The notes beneath the pieces are model-generated. The model had not been told where the DNA came from. It saw only the letters and a program-made list of their open reading frames with translations, and made no database searches. Position numbers and translations under genes: made by a program. DNA of 64,000 nucleotides from Dehalococcoides mccartyi (GTDB lineage: Bacteria; Chloroflexota; Dehalococcoidia; GIF9; DYGU01): NCBI GenBank assembly GCA_020724525.1, contig DYGU01000003.1, forward strand, positions 38,105 through 102,104, given 5' to 3'. Positions 1 through 9,831 of this stretch are shown here, in pieces (the first letter of the stretch is position 1; every line of letters begins with the position of its first letter).

Positions 1-1390
1 TTGATTAAGGCATAAGTAGCTAAAGAACTGATGAGTCCGATGTTTGGTCCTTCTGGAGTTTCTATGGGGCAAATTCTACCATAGTGAGAATAGTGCACAT
101 CTCGAACATCAAAACCAGCCCGTTCTCGAGAAAGTCCCCCAGGTCCCATTGCTGATAAGCGCCTCTTATGAGTTAACTCAGCCAGGGGATTGGTCTGATC
201 CATAAATTGGGATAGCTGTGAACCACCAAAAAACTCCCTCAGTGCCGCCAGAAGAGGCCGGACACTAATTAAAACTGATGGAGTAGCCACTTCTGTACTA
301 ATAATACTCATGTGCTCTTTTATTGCCCGCTCCAAGCGTAATAGTCCAACACGAAACTGATTTTGTATAAGGTGCCCCACGGTACGAACTCGCCGATTAC
401 CAAGGTGGTCAATATCATCAGGTGGCTTGACACCATTATTGACTAAAACAATGTGGCGCACTATCTGGACAAAATCTTGAGGCGTCAGGATGCGCTGTGT
501 TAAAGAAATGTTAACATCTAATCTTTTATTAAGTTTATAACGCCCGACTCTACCTAAATCGTAACGCCGAGGATTAAAGAAAAGGTTATTAAGTAGGGTT
601 TGGGCATTCGCCAGGTTAGGAAGTTCGCCAGGACGCAAGCGGCGGTAAATATCAAGTAAAGCTTCTTCTTTGGTATGAACAAGAGGTTCCCGATCTATAG
701 TTGCCTGAATAAAACGGTGCTCCGGAGAGGTATCTACGTCCTGAAAAAGTTGCAACAACTCCTCATCTGTTTCATACTCTATGGCACGCAGAAGAGTGGT
801 AATCGGGATTTTTCGTTTCCCGTCTACTTTAGCTGAAATTACATCCCTGCTGGATGTTTCAAACTCAAGCCAAGCGCCATGCTCAGGTATCAGCTTTGCC
901 AAACAGACCTCCCGACCACTTGCCGGCTCCTCTTGCAAGGTAAAGTAGACACCAGGAGAACGAATAAGTTGGCTAACTACCACCCGCTCGGCACCACTGA
1001 TGATAAAAGTGCCTCTTTCTGTCATGAGGGGAAAATCCCCAAAAAATATTTCTTGCTCCGTAATTTTACCGGTTTCTTTAACTTCCAACTGAACCTTAAC
1101 ATAAAGAGGGGCGGAATAGGTCATGTCTCGCTGTCGGCATTGTTCTTGGGTGAATTGAGGTTGCCGGAATTCGTAGCCTACAAAATGTAATTCCAAGCGG
1201 CTACCAGTAAAGTCCTGGATAGGAGAGATTTCTTGAAAAAGCTCCTTCAGCCCCTCCTCCTGAAACAAACGAAAAGAATCGAGTTGAACTTGGAGCAAAT
1301 TAGGCACCAGTAAAACCTGCGGAAGCCTGGCAAAGGATTTCCTCGTCGTTAAAATAACTTCTTCCCTTTCAGGCATTAATGAAATGGACA
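1..1390 (-). CDS. rpoB: DNA-directed RNA polymerase beta subunit, N-terminal part (gene continues beyond window start)
   Basis: Reverse-strand translation from ATG at 1390 gives [24 protein letters not shown]...[26 protein letters not shown]...[14 protein letters not shown], the conserved RpoB N-terminus. No stop before position 1. The 879..1190 plus-strand ORF is antisense noise inside it. Confidence 0.9.
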
Positions 1391-1742
1391 TAGACTTAAT
1401 TCCTCCCTTTTGCTGACAGACAAAAATAATCCCAATATTTGAAGCTTATGCTTAGGAATAATAAAGAGGATGGGTAAAAAAAATTGACTGAAAGCTTTAA
1501 AAAAGCATAGATAAATTTAAAGAATAGCACTATTTAGTAAATTTGTCAAGACAACGATTTAAACCATCTAATATGTCACCAAAGGAATATTTGTTAAATC
1601 ACATAAAAAGTAACCGAAATTAGTTAAGGTATACCCCTGGTCACCACTCTCAAAGGAGGGGAAACCGGGCTACATGGAAAGGAAGGAATGAGTATCTCAA
1701 GGCATTAAGCGAGAATTTTAGCAGCGTATAGGGACGCCTTCA

Positions 1743-1816
1743 TGGCTGGGGAACCAGGATTCGAACCTGGCCTAACGGATCCAGAGTCCGCTGTCCTACC
1801 GCTAGACGATTCCCCA
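1743..1816 (-). tRNA. tRNA-Gln (anticodon CUG)
   Basis: Reverse complement TGGGGAATCGTCTAGCGGTAGGACAGCGGACTCTGGATCCGTTAGGCCAGGTTCGAATCCTGGTTCCCCAGCCA. Cloverleaf with 7-nt anticodon loop CUCUGGA (U33, anticodon CUG, R37), T-loop GGTTCGAATCC, encoded CCA. Near-identical in layout to E. coli tRNA-Gln. Confidence 0.8.
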
Positions 1817-1903
1817 GCAATGCTATTATAGCAAAGCCTAAATATTAGCGACAAGAAGCCCCCTTCCCTACTAATAAACTTGTTTGCTATACTAACTGGC
1901 AGG

Positions 1904-2599
1904 ATGCCCGACCTTCAAGCTTTACAGGAAACTTTGGGAATTTTTTTCATTAATATAGATCTGCTCGAGCAAGCTCTTGTCCATCGCTCCTTTGTTAATG
2001 AGAACCCTGGCTTTCATCTCCTTTCCAATGAACGCCTCGAGTTTTTAGGAGACGCTCTATTGAACTTTGTAGTTACAGAAAGATTGTTTCACGAGTTGCC
2101 TCATCTCTCCGAAGGCGAATTAACCGAGAGCCGAGCTTCACTAATCTGTCAAGAAACTCTAACCCACCTGGCATCCACGTTGAAGCTGGGAAGCTATCTT
2201 TATCTGGGACGAGGTGAAGAAATGAGCGGGGGAAGAGAAAAACAGGCAAATCTGGCTAATGCCCTTGAAGCAATAATTGGAGCTATTTTCCTTGACCAGG
2301 GTTTAGTTTCAGCTAAAGACTTCATTCTAAAGCTACTGAACCCATACCTTTCAAGAATAAAAGAGGGGGGTGTGACACCTAACTATAAAACTCTTCTCCA
2401 GGAATATGCCCAAGCTGAATACCATCAAACTCCAATTTACCATCTCATAAAAACTACTGGACCAGACCACGCTAAGAGCTTTACTGTTGAGGTTACCATC
2501 GGGGGTAAAAGATTGGGGAAAGGCTCAGGCAAAAGTAAGCAAACTGCCGAGATGGAAGCGGCTCGCTCAGCCTGGGAGAAGCTTAATCCTCAGATATAA
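1904..2599 (+). CDS. rnc: ribonuclease III
   Basis: MPDLQALQETLGIFFINIDLLEQALVHRSF...ERLEFLGDALL (RNase III signature) plus C-terminal dsRBD (GSGKSKQTAEMEAARSAW). The ORF track starts at TTG 1880, but ATG 1904 fits the family N-terminus better. Confidence 0.85.
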   Translation: MPDLQALQETLGIFFINIDLLEQALVHRSFVNENPGFHLLSNERLEFLGDALLNFVVTERLFHELPHLSEGELTESRASLICQETLTHLASTLKLGSYLYLGRGEEMSGGREKQANLANALEAIIGAIFLDQGLVSAKDFILKLLNPYLSRIKEGGVTPNYKTLLQEYAQAEYHQTPIYHLIKTTGPDHAKSFTVEVTIGGKRLGKGSGKSKQTAEMEAARSAWEKLNPQI

Positions 2600-2689
2600 C
2601 CTCAGGAGCGTCGCTTTACACAAGGGCTGCCCCTTTGATAAACTTACCGTAGACAATCTCTTATCTGGAAAACAAGGAGGGTGGTTTTT

Positions 2690-2833
2690 ATGGGACGCAA
2701 AGACTACAGATGGAGAGAGCCAAAGAAACCCAAGAAGGGCACCATTAAAACGACATCGACTATTATTACCCCATCAGTAACCGTGGAAGTAATCAAGAAG
2801 GGTAAGAAGACCCCACCCTCAACCGAGGAATAG
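2690..2833 (+). CDS. hypothetical small Lys/Thr-rich protein (47 aa)
   Basis: Strong SD AAGGAGGGTGG 7 nt upstream of ATG 2690. MGRKDYRWREPKKPKKGTIKTTSTIITPSVTVEVIKKGKKTPPSTEE. Stop TAG lies 6 nt before the radical-SAM start, so translational coupling is likely. No recognisable family. Confidence 0.35.
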   Translation: MGRKDYRWREPKKPKKGTIKTTSTIITPSVTVEVIKKGKKTPPSTEE

Positions 2834-2839
2834 AAATTG

Positions 2840-3766
2840 ATGCCAGCCTATTTAGAATTACAGCACAAAGGTAAGCTGGCAGAACGGATAGAAGCCGCAA
2901 GAGTCCTACTGGAAAGTTGTCGGGTTTGCCCCCGCTCCTGTGGTGTTAACCGCTTGGCTGGTGAGAAGGGGAAATGCCGCACTGGAGCCCAAACAGTAGT
3001 TTCCAGTTTCGGTCCCCATTTTGGTGAAGAAGCGCCTCTGGTAGGCAAATATGGCTCGGGCACTATCTTTTTTACCAATTGCAACCTGAGATGCCTTTTT
3101 TGCCAAAATTACTCTATAAGCCAGTTAGGTGAAGGGGTTGAGGTAACCAAACAAGAAATAGCTAAGATGATGCTTTCTCTCCAAAGCCGGGGCTGTCACA
3201 ACATAAACTTTGTGTCTCCAACTCACGTCGTACCCCAGATTCTCGAGGCTTTACAGATAGCAGTAGAATCTGGTCTTCGCCTTCCCTTGGTTTACAATTC
3301 AGGCGGTTATGATTCAATAGAAACTCTGAGACTCCTCGACGGGATTATTGATATTTACATGCCCGACATGAAGTACTCGGATGACGATATCGCCGAGAAG
3401 TTATCTGGAATCAAAGATTACTCTTCTGTGAATAAAGCAGCAGTTAAAGAAATGCACCGCCAGGTAGGCGATCTCCAGATTAACAACGAAGGGATAGCTA
3501 CTCGGGGATTACTAGTACGGCACCTGGTTCTGCCCTATGGTCTGGCGGGTACCAAAGAAATAGTAAGGTTCTTAGCCCAAGAGGTCTCGCCCAATACTTA
3601 CATAAACATTATGGCTCAGTACCATCCTTGCTATAAAGCCTTCCAGGTGCCCCAACTGGCACGCTCTCTGTCCCATCAGGAATTTAGGGAAGCAGTCGAG
3701 ATGGCTTATAAAGCCGGACTGAGTCGTCTTGACAGGATGCGTCCTGTTACTGTTAGACTTGTCTAA
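2840..3766 (+). CDS. radical SAM protein, PflX / AmmeMemoRadiSam-type (COG1313-like)
   Basis: N-terminal CRVCPRSCGVNRLAGEKGKC motif typical of the PflX-like clade. Radical SAM Cx3Cx2C in FFTNCNLRCLFCQNY. The ORF track starts at TTG 2837; ATG 2840 is preferred. Confidence 0.7.
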   Translation: MPAYLELQHKGKLAERIEAARVLLESCRVCPRSCGVNRLAGEKGKCRTGAQTVVSSFGPHFGEEAPLVGKYGSGTIFFTNCNLRCLFCQNYSISQLGEGVEVTKQEIAKMMLSLQSRGCHNINFVSPTHVVPQILEALQIAVESGLRLPLVYNSGGYDSIETLRLLDGIIDIYMPDMKYSDDDIAEKLSGIKDYSSVNKAAVKEMHRQVGDLQINNEGIATRGLLVRHLVLPYGLAGTKEIVRFLAQEVSPNTYINIMAQYHPCYKAFQVPQLARSLSHQEFREAVEMAYKAGLSRLDRMRPVTVRLV

Positions 3767-3782
3767 AAGCAAGGAGCCCAAA

Positions 3783-4064
3783 ATGCCAGAAATGGCGTCT
3801 CTTAAAGCTATTGTTGAAGGATATGTTCAAGGTGTTTTCTTCCGAGCTTATGTTTCTCGGTCGGCTAAAGCTCTGGGCTTAAAAGGCTATGTTCGTAATC
3901 TCCCGAATGGCAAGGTTGAAGTTAGAGCTGAGGGAAATAAAGAAAAATTAGAAAACTTGGTAAAACAACTGCAAATAGGTCCCCCAGAAGCTGTTGTTGA
4001 AAAGGTAGAAACAATCTGGTCAGATTATACCGGGACATTTGCTAATTTTGAGATTAGATACTGA
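3783..4064 (+). CDS. acyP: acylphosphatase
   Basis: MPEMASLKAIVEGYVQGVFFRAYVSRSAKALGLKGYVRNLPNGKVEV matches the acylphosphatase signatures (V.G.VQGV.FR, G.V.N..DG.V). RBS AAGGAG upstream of ATG 3783. Confidence 0.8.
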   Translation: MPEMASLKAIVEGYVQGVFFRAYVSRSAKALGLKGYVRNLPNGKVEVRAEGNKEKLENLVKQLQIGPPEAVVEKVETIWSDYTGTFANFEIRY

Positions 4065-4097
4065 ACACCAACAAAAGGCAGCCTACCCCTATGGACC

Positions 4098-4829
4098 CTA
4101 ACCTTCGAGCTGGACTTTGCCAGCTTCAATTAGTGTCAAATATTCTGTTTCCAGCCCAGCTATTTCAGAAGCTTCCTTATCAACCTCATAAGGCTCACCA
4201 ATAAAAATCTTGCCGTAGTCTTCCACATCTCCCCGTGTTGTATCGTCAATTCCAATAAATTTCTTACAGGCGTCAATGATGCCTAAATCAAAAGGTAAAG
4301 TGAAATAGAGGTCAGCTACCACTTTATGTATTCCCAGTTTATAGAGAGTTTCCCAACCACCCATCGCTTCACCTCTGTATTTAGCTACTGGTAACAAACT
4401 CAAAAGATTCTTTACTGTGAAACTCCCACTCCTACCGAAGACTTTAAAGGGGGCAATGCTAATAAGGTAGTCACTGGACAAGACAACATTGGGTACCCAA
4501 AAAGTAGGCACCGCATAAGGTTGCGGTAGCGGATTTTCCACTTCCACCCAGATGCAATCTTTAACATCCAGCATCAGCACTCTCGGATAATCATAGCCAA
4601 GGGCTTTATACACTTCGTAAATAGGATTACCCCAGGGAGTGCCTTCCAGAATAAGAATATCGGCATCACTTACCCGCCTGATACCTTCAATAACTAATCG
4701 TACTGTCTCCCAACTGGTAGTGACCGGATAGGGCAAAGGATAACTGGCACAGGGTTTAATTAAAACCCGCCGGGCTCGAGAAACTTGACTTGCTGGTGTA
4801 AAAACAAATTTAGAAGCTTCTAAAATCAC
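4098..4829 (-). CDS. DUF362 domain protein
   Basis: 243-aa ORF with DUF362-like composition, co-directional with and abutting mobB and moeA. Function unknown. Confidence 0.55.
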   Translation of the reverse strand: MILEASKFVFTPASQVSRARRVLIKPCASYPLPYPVTTSWETVRLVIEGIRRVSDADILILEGTPWGNPIYEVYKALGYDYPRVLMLDVKDCIWVEVENPLPQPYAVPTFWVPNVVLSSDYLISIAPFKVFGRSGSFTVKNLLSLLPVAKYRGEAMGGWETLYKLGIHKVVADLYFTLPFDLGIIDACKKFIGIDDTTRGDVEDYGKIFIGEPYEVDKEASEIAGLETEYLTLIEAGKVQLEG

Positions 4830-5485
4830 TGCTTTCCCTCAGACCTCTGTCTCAGCCAAATATTCATTTTCTTTATTTCTTTAACACCCTTAAGAGCCGA
4901 CATCATTCCCAGCAAAGTCTTGAATAAGAACTCTTTAACAAAAGGATTAAGGGGAATGGACTTATCGTTAACAAAAAGAACTATATCACCCTGACGCTTA
5001 CTAAGAAATCTGTGCTCAATAAAATCAGCTATCCCCTTAATATCGCTTGTAGAAAATTGAGCTACTGAGATATCCAGTGGTTTATCACTGACTACTGCCA
5101 GAAGTCCCTCTGGAGAACAAAGTAGACCACCTCCCAGCTCCTCCCGATAGACTTCAATCTTATAGCCTTTATCCTGTCTGTAGCCTTCCGTTAAAATAAG
5201 GTCGAAATCGGCACCAATAAAATAAGAAAGTTCCTCCAGAGAAGCATCGTGGTCTATTAACTTGACTAAAGCTAATTTTTGGGCAGAACTCAAAACCACC
5301 ACCTCAGCACCTGTTTGCGTAAGTCGCCAACTGTCTTTCCCTGAATAATCTAATTCAAAGTCTTGCCCCATGTGCTTTATCACAGCAATACGATAACCAC
5401 GACTTCGTAATTCTGGGACAAGTTTCTCTAATAGATTTGTTTTCCCAGCCGCAGATCTACCTACAATAGAAATAATAGGAACCAT
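4826..5485 (-). CDS. mobB: molybdopterin-guanine dinucleotide biosynthesis adapter protein
   Basis: MVPIISIVGRSAAGKTNLLEKLVPELRSRGYRIAVIKH, the P-loop MobB N-terminal signature. 4-nt overlap with the downstream gene. Confidence 0.8.
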   Translation of the reverse strand: MVPIISIVGRSAAGKTNLLEKLVPELRSRGYRIAVIKHMGQDFELDYSGKDSWRLTQTGAEVVVLSSAQKLALVKLIDHDASLEELSYFIGADFDLILTEGYRQDKGYKIEVYREELGGGLLCSPEGLLAVVSDKPLDISVAQFSTSDIKGIADFIEHRFLSKRQGDIVLFVNDKSIPLNPFVKEFLFKTLLGMMSALKGVKEIKKMNIWLRQRSEGKQ

Positions 5486-5497
5486 CTGCCTCCTTAT

Positions 5498-6772
5498 TCA
5501 CACTGGAAAGTCACCCCAATCAAGCATCATCACATCAACAACGTCACCGGGCTTGATTGCTTCCACATCCTCGGGGATAATAGCTAAACCATTAGCCAGC
5601 GCCATGGAAGTTAAAATTCCCGAGCCCTGAGGACTGGTAAGAGAGGCAAAATATTGACCGTCTCGTTTGGTGACTACTACTCTGGCAAAAATACGACGAC
5701 CATCGCTGTTTTTAACAGTGTCCTCTATCACCGCCTTAATTGTTGGCTTAGCCAAATTTTTCTTCCCCATCATCTTCAAAATAACCGGGCGGGCAAAAAT
5801 CTCAAAGGTTACCATAACACTTACTGGATACCCGGGTAGACCCAGATGGGGAATTCTTCTCCCCGATTCGTCTTCAAAGAAACCGAAAGCTAATGGCTTT
5901 CCTGGTTTCATCCGCACCGTCCAGAAAGTTATCTTACCTTCACTAACTAAAACATCTTTGACCATGTCATAATCACCTCGGGATACCCCCCCGGATGTTA
6001 TCACCAAGTCAGAGTCAAACGCCTGACGAAGGGACTTCCTCAGAAAATCGAAGTCATCAGGGGCAATACCTATCATTTTAGGAATGCCTCCATAATGAAT
6101 AACTTGAGCCATCAAACTGTAGCTATTACTATTATAGATTTTACCGAGAGGAAGGGGCTGATCAATGTCAACCAACTCATTACCCGTAGCTAAAATAGCT
6201 ACAACAGGACGGCGATAGACCGAGACAGTAGCCTTACCTAATGAGGCCAATACTCCAATCCCAGCTGGACGAAGTACCATTTCTTTACTCATAATTAAAG
6301 CTCCTTTTTTAATATCCTCCCCAGCCCGACGGATGTTCGAACCTTTTGGCACCTCTTGACAAATACCAATCTCAGTTAACCTACTCCCGGGCATAATAGT
6401 TTTTCGCTCAGCTTCATCACTATCTTCAAACCTAATCACAACATCAGCTCCCTTAGGTATAGGAGCTCCGGTCATAATGCGGATAGCCGTACCCGGTTCC
6501 ACTTCCCTATCTTGAATATAGCCAGCAGCTAATTCACCAATTACCTTGAGCACTTTAGGTTGTTTAGGAGTAGCTCCACCAATACTGCTGAACTGAACTG
6601 CATAACCATCCATAGCTGCACTATCTAACGGCGGAATATCAAAGGGAGAATAGATATCCTCAGCCAAGACCTGTCCTAAACATTGGGTAATAGGCTTCGT
6701 TTCAGCTTCGAGAACATTTACCGAATTAAGTATTCTTGCCAGAGCTTCATCGACACTAATCATTTCTATCAC
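5498..6772 (-). CDS. moeA: molybdopterin molybdotransferase
   Basis: ISVDEALARIL...DIPPLDSAAMDGYAV...SGGVSRGDYD, canonical MoeA motifs. 424 aa. Confidence 0.9.
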   Translation of the reverse strand: MIEMISVDEALARILNSVNVLEAETKPITQCLGQVLAEDIYSPFDIPPLDSAAMDGYAVQFSSIGGATPKQPKVLKVIGELAAGYIQDREVEPGTAIRIMTGAPIPKGADVVIRFEDSDEAERKTIMPGSRLTEIGICQEVPKGSNIRRAGEDIKKGALIMSKEMVLRPAGIGVLASLGKATVSVYRRPVVAILATGNELVDIDQPLPLGKIYNSNSYSLMAQVIHYGGIPKMIGIAPDDFDFLRKSLRQAFDSDLVITSGGVSRGDYDMVKDVLVSEGKITFWTVRMKPGKPLAFGFFEDESGRRIPHLGLPGYPVSVMVTFEIFARPVILKMMGKKNLAKPTIKAVIEDTVKNSDGRRIFARVVVTKRDGQYFASLTSPQGSGILTSMALANGLAIIPEDVEAIKPGDVVDVMMLDWGDFPV

Positions 6773-7311
6773 CCCTTTGCCAAAGTATGGTCTTTATTCT
6801 GCCTTAGTAACACTCGGACTCTCTTTAAATCAGCTATAGTATTAATATTAAAAAAGCTTAAATATCCCGGGTCAAACCTGCCCACCTCTATCTCTCCAAC
6901 ATATCGGGTTTTAACCAGACTAAAAAGCCTGGCTATTTGGAGCTCGTTCCGGGATAACAACTGCTCAATAACAGCCAAACAATTTTTAGAATAAATAGCA
7001 TGGAGTGGCTCTACCATACCCTTGACCCTGGGGACAACTAAATCAAAGCCAGGGGCAAGAGTAGCTAAGTAACGCAGAAGGGCAGGGTCAAGAAAGGGCA
7101 TATCACAAGCCACAATCAAACTATAGAAAGTATCGGCTTCAGTCAGCCCTGTATAAATACCTCCAAGAGCTCCTTTGCCCGGGTAAAGGTCAACAGTTAC
7201 CTTCGTCTTTAATTGAAGCAAAGAAGTTAGAGGCTCGACTCGCCCAGGAGCAGTAACTATAATCAATTTCTGAGTAATAGGAAAGAGGCGCTCTATAACT
7301 CGCTCAATCAA
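6769..7311 (-). CDS. mobA: molybdenum cofactor guanylyltransferase (start codon unresolved; conserved N-terminus extends to about 7398)
   Basis: The ORF-track start is TTG 7311, but the in-frame upstream translation KVAFTAIILAGGKSLRLGRDKALEKIDGQSL contains the MobA LAGGxSxR(M/L)GxDK motif. Between it and the stop at 7429 there is no ATG, GTG or TTG. Confidence 0.7.
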   Translation of the reverse strand: MIERVIERLFPITQKLIIVTAPGRVEPLTSLLQLKTKVTVDLYPGKGALGGIYTGLTEADTFYSLIVACDMPFLDPALLRYLATLAPGFDLVVPRVKGMVEPLHAIYSKNCLAVIEQLLSRNELQIARLFSLVKTRYVGEIEVGRFDPGYLSFFNINTIADLKRVRVLLRQNKDHTLAKG

Positions 7312-7468
7312 GCTTTGCCCATCAATTTTCTCCAGGGCTTTGTCCCGCCCTAATCGTAAACTCTTACCCCCAGCTAAAATTATAGCAGTAAAAGCTACTT
7401 TTCCTTGGTTGACGCTCTGTCTCCATCTCTATTTTGAATATATATTTTACCACTCCCGTCAACTCACC

Positions 7469-8116
7469 CTACAAAGCCGGTTTTAAAACTATTATTTCAG
7501 TGGTTGTCGGTAAATCTTTCGCCGTTAACTCTATCTCGCTTACTTCCAATTTCTTCACATTCTTCTTTCCCCCAATGAAATCATCAACCCCGGCAATAGG
7601 ATAATCACACTTCGGTGTCTTGAAATGCATAGGAATAATGATTTTGGGGATAAGTCTGTCCGCAACTTTAGTCGCTGTTTCAGCATTAATGGTAAAAAAA
7701 CCACCTACTGGGAGAAGCAAAACATCCACCTCACCAATCTCCAGAGCCTGCTCAGGAGTAAGCTCATGACCTAAATCACCCAAATGGCATATTTTTATAC
7801 CATCCACAGAAAAACAGAAAATAGTGTTAGTACCCCGCTGTCTTCCCTTAGCTTCATCATGGTAAGTGGCAATTCCCCTAAACTCAATCCCTTTAACCTT
7901 TTTGCTCCCGCTTCCCTTGACTATCTCTGGCTTACCTTTTATTGCTGAGACATTACTGTGGTCACCATGCCCATGGCTCACTACCACCACATCAGCAGTT
8001 TCATTAATAGGAGAGTAATTAATACCACCACCCACCTCATAAGGGTCAGTGACTATTTTTACCCCCTCCCTGGAGACAATCAAGAAGCAAGCATGACCTA
8101 ACCATTTAAGTCTCAT
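7469..8116 (-). CDS. MBL-fold metallo-hydrolase
   Basis: MRLKWLGHACFLIVS...VVVSHGHGDHS (HxHxDH motif). 215 aa. Confidence 0.75.
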   Translation of the reverse strand: MRLKWLGHACFLIVSREGVKIVTDPYEVGGGINYSPINETADVVVVSHGHGDHSNVSAIKGKPEIVKGSGSKKVKGIEFRGIATYHDEAKGRQRGTNTIFCFSVDGIKICHLGDLGHELTPEQALEIGEVDVLLLPVGGFFTINAETATKVADRLIPKIIIPMHFKTPKCDYPIAGVDDFIGGKKNVKKLEVSEIELTAKDLPTTTEIIVLKPAL

Positions 8117-8269
8117 AATTCACCCCCTTTTTAGCCCCATTATGGATAGCCTCTACCTTCTAAGTATGTCTCCAGCAATAAGCCATAATGGGGACCCCAT
8201 GACAGCTTATTGCTACAGGCAATAGTCTTCGGCTATACGATATCCGTCGTGGGGATTTTTATACCTCCT

Positions 8270-9781
8270 TTAATCTTCCTTGTTTTTAGCTAAAGTCAAA
8301 GCCAGATTAACCAGAGTCCGTACCCCAAACCCGGTAGCTCCTTTCACAGTATATCCTTTTTCTTTGTCACTCCGGGCAGTACCAGCAATATCAATATGAA
8401 CCCAGGGAGTATCCTCAACAAATTCAGCTAAAAATAAAGCCCCGGTTATAGCGCCACCATATTTGCTACCTACATTCTTAATGTCAGCAACTTCACTTTT
8501 AATTTGCTCCTTATACTCCTCAAACATTGGCATCTGCCACAGACATTCACCAGCTTTAGAGCTAACTTTAATAATTTTGTCGATTAGTTCTTGATTATTA
8601 CCAAAGACGCCAGCACAGACATCTCCCAGAGCTACCCGGCAAGCACCAGTCAGAGTAGCCACGTCTACCAAAGGCGTCAATCCTTGCTTTTTGGCATAAC
8701 ACAGGGCATCAGCCAGAATAAGTCGCCCTTCAGCATCAGTGGACACTACCTCTATAGTCTTACCACTCATAGCTTTCAAAATATCCCCCGGTTTAAAGGC
8801 ATTACCGCCGGGTAGATTTTCTGTAGCTGGAACTACAGCCATCGCATTAATCTTAGGCTTTAATTGGGCAATAGCAGCTAAAGCCGCCATAACCACAGCC
8901 CCTCCAGCCATGTCACCCTTCATCTCTTCTAACCCCTCCGCTGATTTAAGAGAAATTCCCCCGGAGTCAAAAGTTATTCCCTTACCTAAAAACCCAAGAC
9001 TATTCTTTGATGTCTCATCGCCTCTATAACTGAGGACTATCAACTTTGGTGGTTGGCGACTACCTAGGGCTACCCCAAGGAGAGCTCTCATTCCCATATT
9101 CTCCATCTCTTCCCGTTCCAATACTGTCACTTCCAGTCCATATTCCGTGGCTAATTTCTGTGCTACCTGAGCCATATTTTCAGGGGTCATATAATTAGCT
9201 GCCTCATTAGTCATATCTCGAGCCAAATTTGTTGCCTCAGCAATTACTTTACCCCTATAGCATCCCTTTTCTAAAGACCTGAGTTTTATTTCATCCCGCT
9301 CTACTATCAGCATTTCTTCAATATCACCTTCTTCAGGCTTCTTGGTTATATGTCGGCGAAAGTTATAGAGCCCGAGAAGACTTCCTTCAACTATTGCCTG
9401 GGCTGAGGCTTCAGGTTCAATGCCACCGATACCGGCACCATGAACAATAGTGGCTATTCGCTTGCAGTTTAATTGTCTCAGCTTCCGACAGACCTCAGCA
9501 CTTACATCCCGAATTTTATCCACAGTAAAATCTTCCCTCTTCCCTAAGCCAGCGATAGCCACCTTATCTGTCTTAAGCTTGCCTAAAGTGTGAATAATGC
9601 TGATTTCTCGGAACTTACCCTTTATTTCTCCCTTCTTAATAAGATAAGCAATTGCCCCATCCAAAGCTTCATCTACAGCGCCAGTAGCACCACCAGGCTG
9701 CTCTACTCCTTCAAAAAGATTGACGATGATAGCATCAGCTTGAATCTCAGTAATGTCTCCAGAAATTACTTTAATCTCCAA
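8270..9781 (-). CDS. pepA: leucyl aminopeptidase (M17)
   Basis: 503 aa with the M17 signature NTDAEGRL and conserved catalytic-domain layout. Confidence 0.9.
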   Translation of the reverse strand: MEIKVISGDITEIQADAIIVNLFEGVEQPGGATGAVDEALDGAIAYLIKKGEIKGKFREISIIHTLGKLKTDKVAIAGLGKREDFTVDKIRDVSAEVCRKLRQLNCKRIATIVHGAGIGGIEPEASAQAIVEGSLLGLYNFRRHITKKPEEGDIEEMLIVERDEIKLRSLEKGCYRGKVIAEATNLARDMTNEAANYMTPENMAQVAQKLATEYGLEVTVLEREEMENMGMRALLGVALGSRQPPKLIVLSYRGDETSKNSLGFLGKGITFDSGGISLKSAEGLEEMKGDMAGGAVVMAALAAIAQLKPKINAMAVVPATENLPGGNAFKPGDILKAMSGKTIEVVSTDAEGRLILADALCYAKKQGLTPLVDVATLTGACRVALGDVCAGVFGNNQELIDKIIKVSSKAGECLWQMPMFEEYKEQIKSEVADIKNVGSKYGGAITGALFLAEFVEDTPWVHIDIAGTARSDKEKGYTVKGATGFGVRTLVNLALTLAKNKED

Positions 9782-9831
9782 TTTTACCTCCTAAATACTC
9801 AGCTACCCAATCAATTCCGAGTTCTTGCAAT

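Noticed and set aside
879-1190. 103-aa plus-strand ORF
   Set aside because: Lies antisense inside the clearly conserved rpoB coding region. No RBS or family resemblance.
2487-2780. 97-aa ORF overlapping the rnc 3' end
   Set aside because: Out of frame with rnc. Arg/Pro-rich low-complexity translation. The in-frame small ORF at 2690..2833 with a strong SD is the more plausible gene.
8117-8269. Nested inverted repeats (CCCCATTATGG...CCATAATGGGG and AGCAATAAGC...GCTTATTGCT) between pepA and the MBL hydrolase gene as a riboswitch
   Set aside because: No match to any known aptamer consensus. Most simply the pepA terminator region and leader of the next gene.
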